Positions 33,129 through 34,525 of a DNA stretch of 34,525 bases are shown here, piece by piece. The first letter of the stretch is position 1, and the number at the start of each line of letters is the position of its first letter. A program made the translations under genes and the position numbers. The notes under the pieces are model-generated. The model was not told where the DNA came from, made no database searches, and saw only the letters and a list, made by a program, of their open reading frames with translations. This DNA is from a virus (lineage: Duplodnaviria; Caudoviricetes), in IMG/VR virus record IMGVR_UViG_3300048576_000516, positions 1 to 34,525 of that record. One strand, written 5' to 3'.

Positions 33129-34525
33129 ACCATGTCGTCACATTACGGGGTTGCTCGGCAAAATCACCGGTCAGGTCTGTCTCCCCTAGCGCTCTTAATG
33201 CCGAAGTCTTGTCCACTATTGATCCCGTGGTGGATTACTATGTTGGCTCGTCCACTGGATTTGCCATTAATGGCTGGTTGCAGTGGAAGGAAACCTATAG
33301 CTCGCCTGGTGGGCGACATAATCTGTACGCTCGGGTTGATGACTCGTATCAATATTGGGACTGGGCCACATGGATAGCGAGGCCAGAATTAGTAAACTGG
33401 AGATCTGGAGATCGCTTGCTTTTCGAGGTTGATTTGTTGTGGCTTTTTGCGACTACTGGAGGCCCTCCGTGGACAATTCTGGCATCAACGGGCACTCAAT
33501 CTGTTGGGGATTTTGAGAATTTTAACAAAGCCACTATCACTGGTTACCAATCTCAGAAACAGTGGGGTGCGCGGAGGGGAGATCACAACGGAAGCACGTT
33601 GGGAGATGTATTTGTATCGAATACGTCTATTCGGCTTGCGGGATCAGGAATAGACGGTGATTGGTGTCTCCCTTATTACGTCCCAGATGACACTCTAGAT
33701 CATGCTGTTTTGACGGTGGAAAATGAGAGTGAATTGGTCCAAAACTGGAAAAATCAAGCTGGGACAGTTGTGGCGACTAGGACATTGTCTGGCTTGATTG
33801 ACATCCCGCCTATCGTGAACCCTAGATTGACCCAATTTTGGGGATCCCAACAGGCAGGTAACGGGGAAACCCCTAACGAGCAAAACTATGTTGCTGGAAC
33901 AGTGATGTATTGGGGAATTGGCTCTTGGCATGACATTAGAGTGGGAGGGGCATCGAATATTATCGATTCGTCTAGCCTCGACTCTACTCTTCCCGCTCCA
34001 AGTCTTTCTCTTCGCGCTTTTTCTTGTGATTTTCTGCGATCTATTAACGTATGGTCAATTGGGTCAATGATCGGTTTAAAATTCTGGGATCAAAACGGTA
34101 ATCCTGAATCGAATTTAGACTACGAATTAGACGCGGGTTTAAATGTCAGCTCGAAAAAAATGGTTGCTTCTTTTGACGGGACTAAAGGTCAGATATATAG
34201 CGTCGTGCGATTGTTTTATTCTAGCATGACCACAAAAACAATTGCATCGGCTCGATATGGATCAGTCCAGGTGATCGTGCCAGACCGTGTTGTAAGGCTG
34301 GGGGGTGGGTGGATAAATCCCGGCCAAAAGATTGGCGTAGGAACGTCTGGTGGAATCGAAGTCGAGCGGCTTATGTTGCCGATCCCATTCACATTTCCTG
34401 TGCCTTATGGCACTTTTGACGGCTTTGATTGTGGCCGCTTGGAGATAGTAGTGGGGATCATCCTCGGTCAGTCGTTGGAGTCGTGGCTCACTGAGATTGG
34501 GGTCCCATTATCGTTTGATGAGTAG
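33125..34525 (+). CDS. Putative receptor-binding/tail-associated protein
   Basis: Start re-called at ATG 33125 (ATGA overlap); Trp/Gly/Ser-rich, lower GC. Confidence 0.55.
   Translation: MNHVVTLRGCSAKSPVRSVSPSALNAEVLSTIDPVVDYYVGSSTGFAINGWLQWKETYSSPGGRHNLYARVDDSYQYWDWATWIARPELVNWRSGDRLLFEVDLLWLFATTGGPPWTILASTGTQSVGDFENFNKATITGYQSQKQWGARRGDHNGSTLGDVFVSNTSIRLAGSGIDGDWCLPYYVPDDTLDHAVLTVENESELVQNWKNQAGTVVATRTLSGLIDIPPIVNPRLTQFWGSQQAGNGETPNEQNYVAGTVMYWGIGSWHDIRVGGASNIIDSSSLDSTLPAPSLSLRAFSCDFLRSINVWSIGSMIGLKFWDQNGNPESNLDYELDAGLNVSSKKMVASFDGTKGQIYSVVRLFYSSMTTKTIASARYGSVQVIVPDRVVRLGGGWINPGQKIGVGTSGGIEVERLMLPIPFTFPVPYGTFDGFDCGRLEIVVGIILGQSLESWLTEIGVPLSFDE

Larger units (their letters stand above)
1497..34525. 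mobile_element. Mu-like transposable prophage with HK97-type head and siphovirus-type tail (right end not in window)
   Basis: MuA-MuB pair, Gam, GemA-like, Mu gp26/27/28-like genes, and head and tail modules. Left boundary inferred from end repeats; exact terminal TG uncertain (1478, 1486 or 1497). Confidence 0.93.

Noticed and set aside
1-34525. tRNA/tmRNA/rRNA, CRISPR array, reverse transcriptase/DGR, tail sheath, Mor/C activator
   Set aside because: No diagnostic motifs recognised by eye; absence needs confirmation with tRNAscan, Infernal and HMM searches.

Overview
Bases ~1480/1500 to the right edge are the left ~33 kb of a transposable (Mu-like) prophage; the right end lies outside the window. 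Bases 1-~1480 are probably flanking DNA: a partial coiled-coil/2-TM membrane gene on the minus strand plus a hairpin-rich intergenic segment. The prophage has a central divergent switch (lambda-type CI with S24 domain versus a Cro/Ner-like gene). Its leftward early operon encodes DUF3102-like, MuA, MuB, Gam and GemA-like proteins and runs toward a left end marked by repeated TGACAC boxes and an IHF consensus. The rightward late region holds holin and spanins, Mu gp25/26/27/28-like packaging genes, an HK97-type head (portal fused to a Mu-F domain, protease, capsid), a Dam-family methylase and a non-contractile tail. The host is probably Verrucomicrobiota; this is inference only. The most unusual observations are: (1) a duplicated ~110-bp promoter/terminator/23-bp palindrome cassette heading both late operons, with no recognisable Mor/C activator; (2) two Thr-Asn-rich proteins with Sec-type signal peptides at virion-gene positions; (3) a lysis cassette with no endolysin; (4) a hydrophobic C-terminal extension on the terminase; (5) a D-E-E rather than D-D-E transposase triad; (6) several small zinc-finger ORFs missed by the ORF track. 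All functional calls come from motif recognition and synteny by eye, with no database searches.
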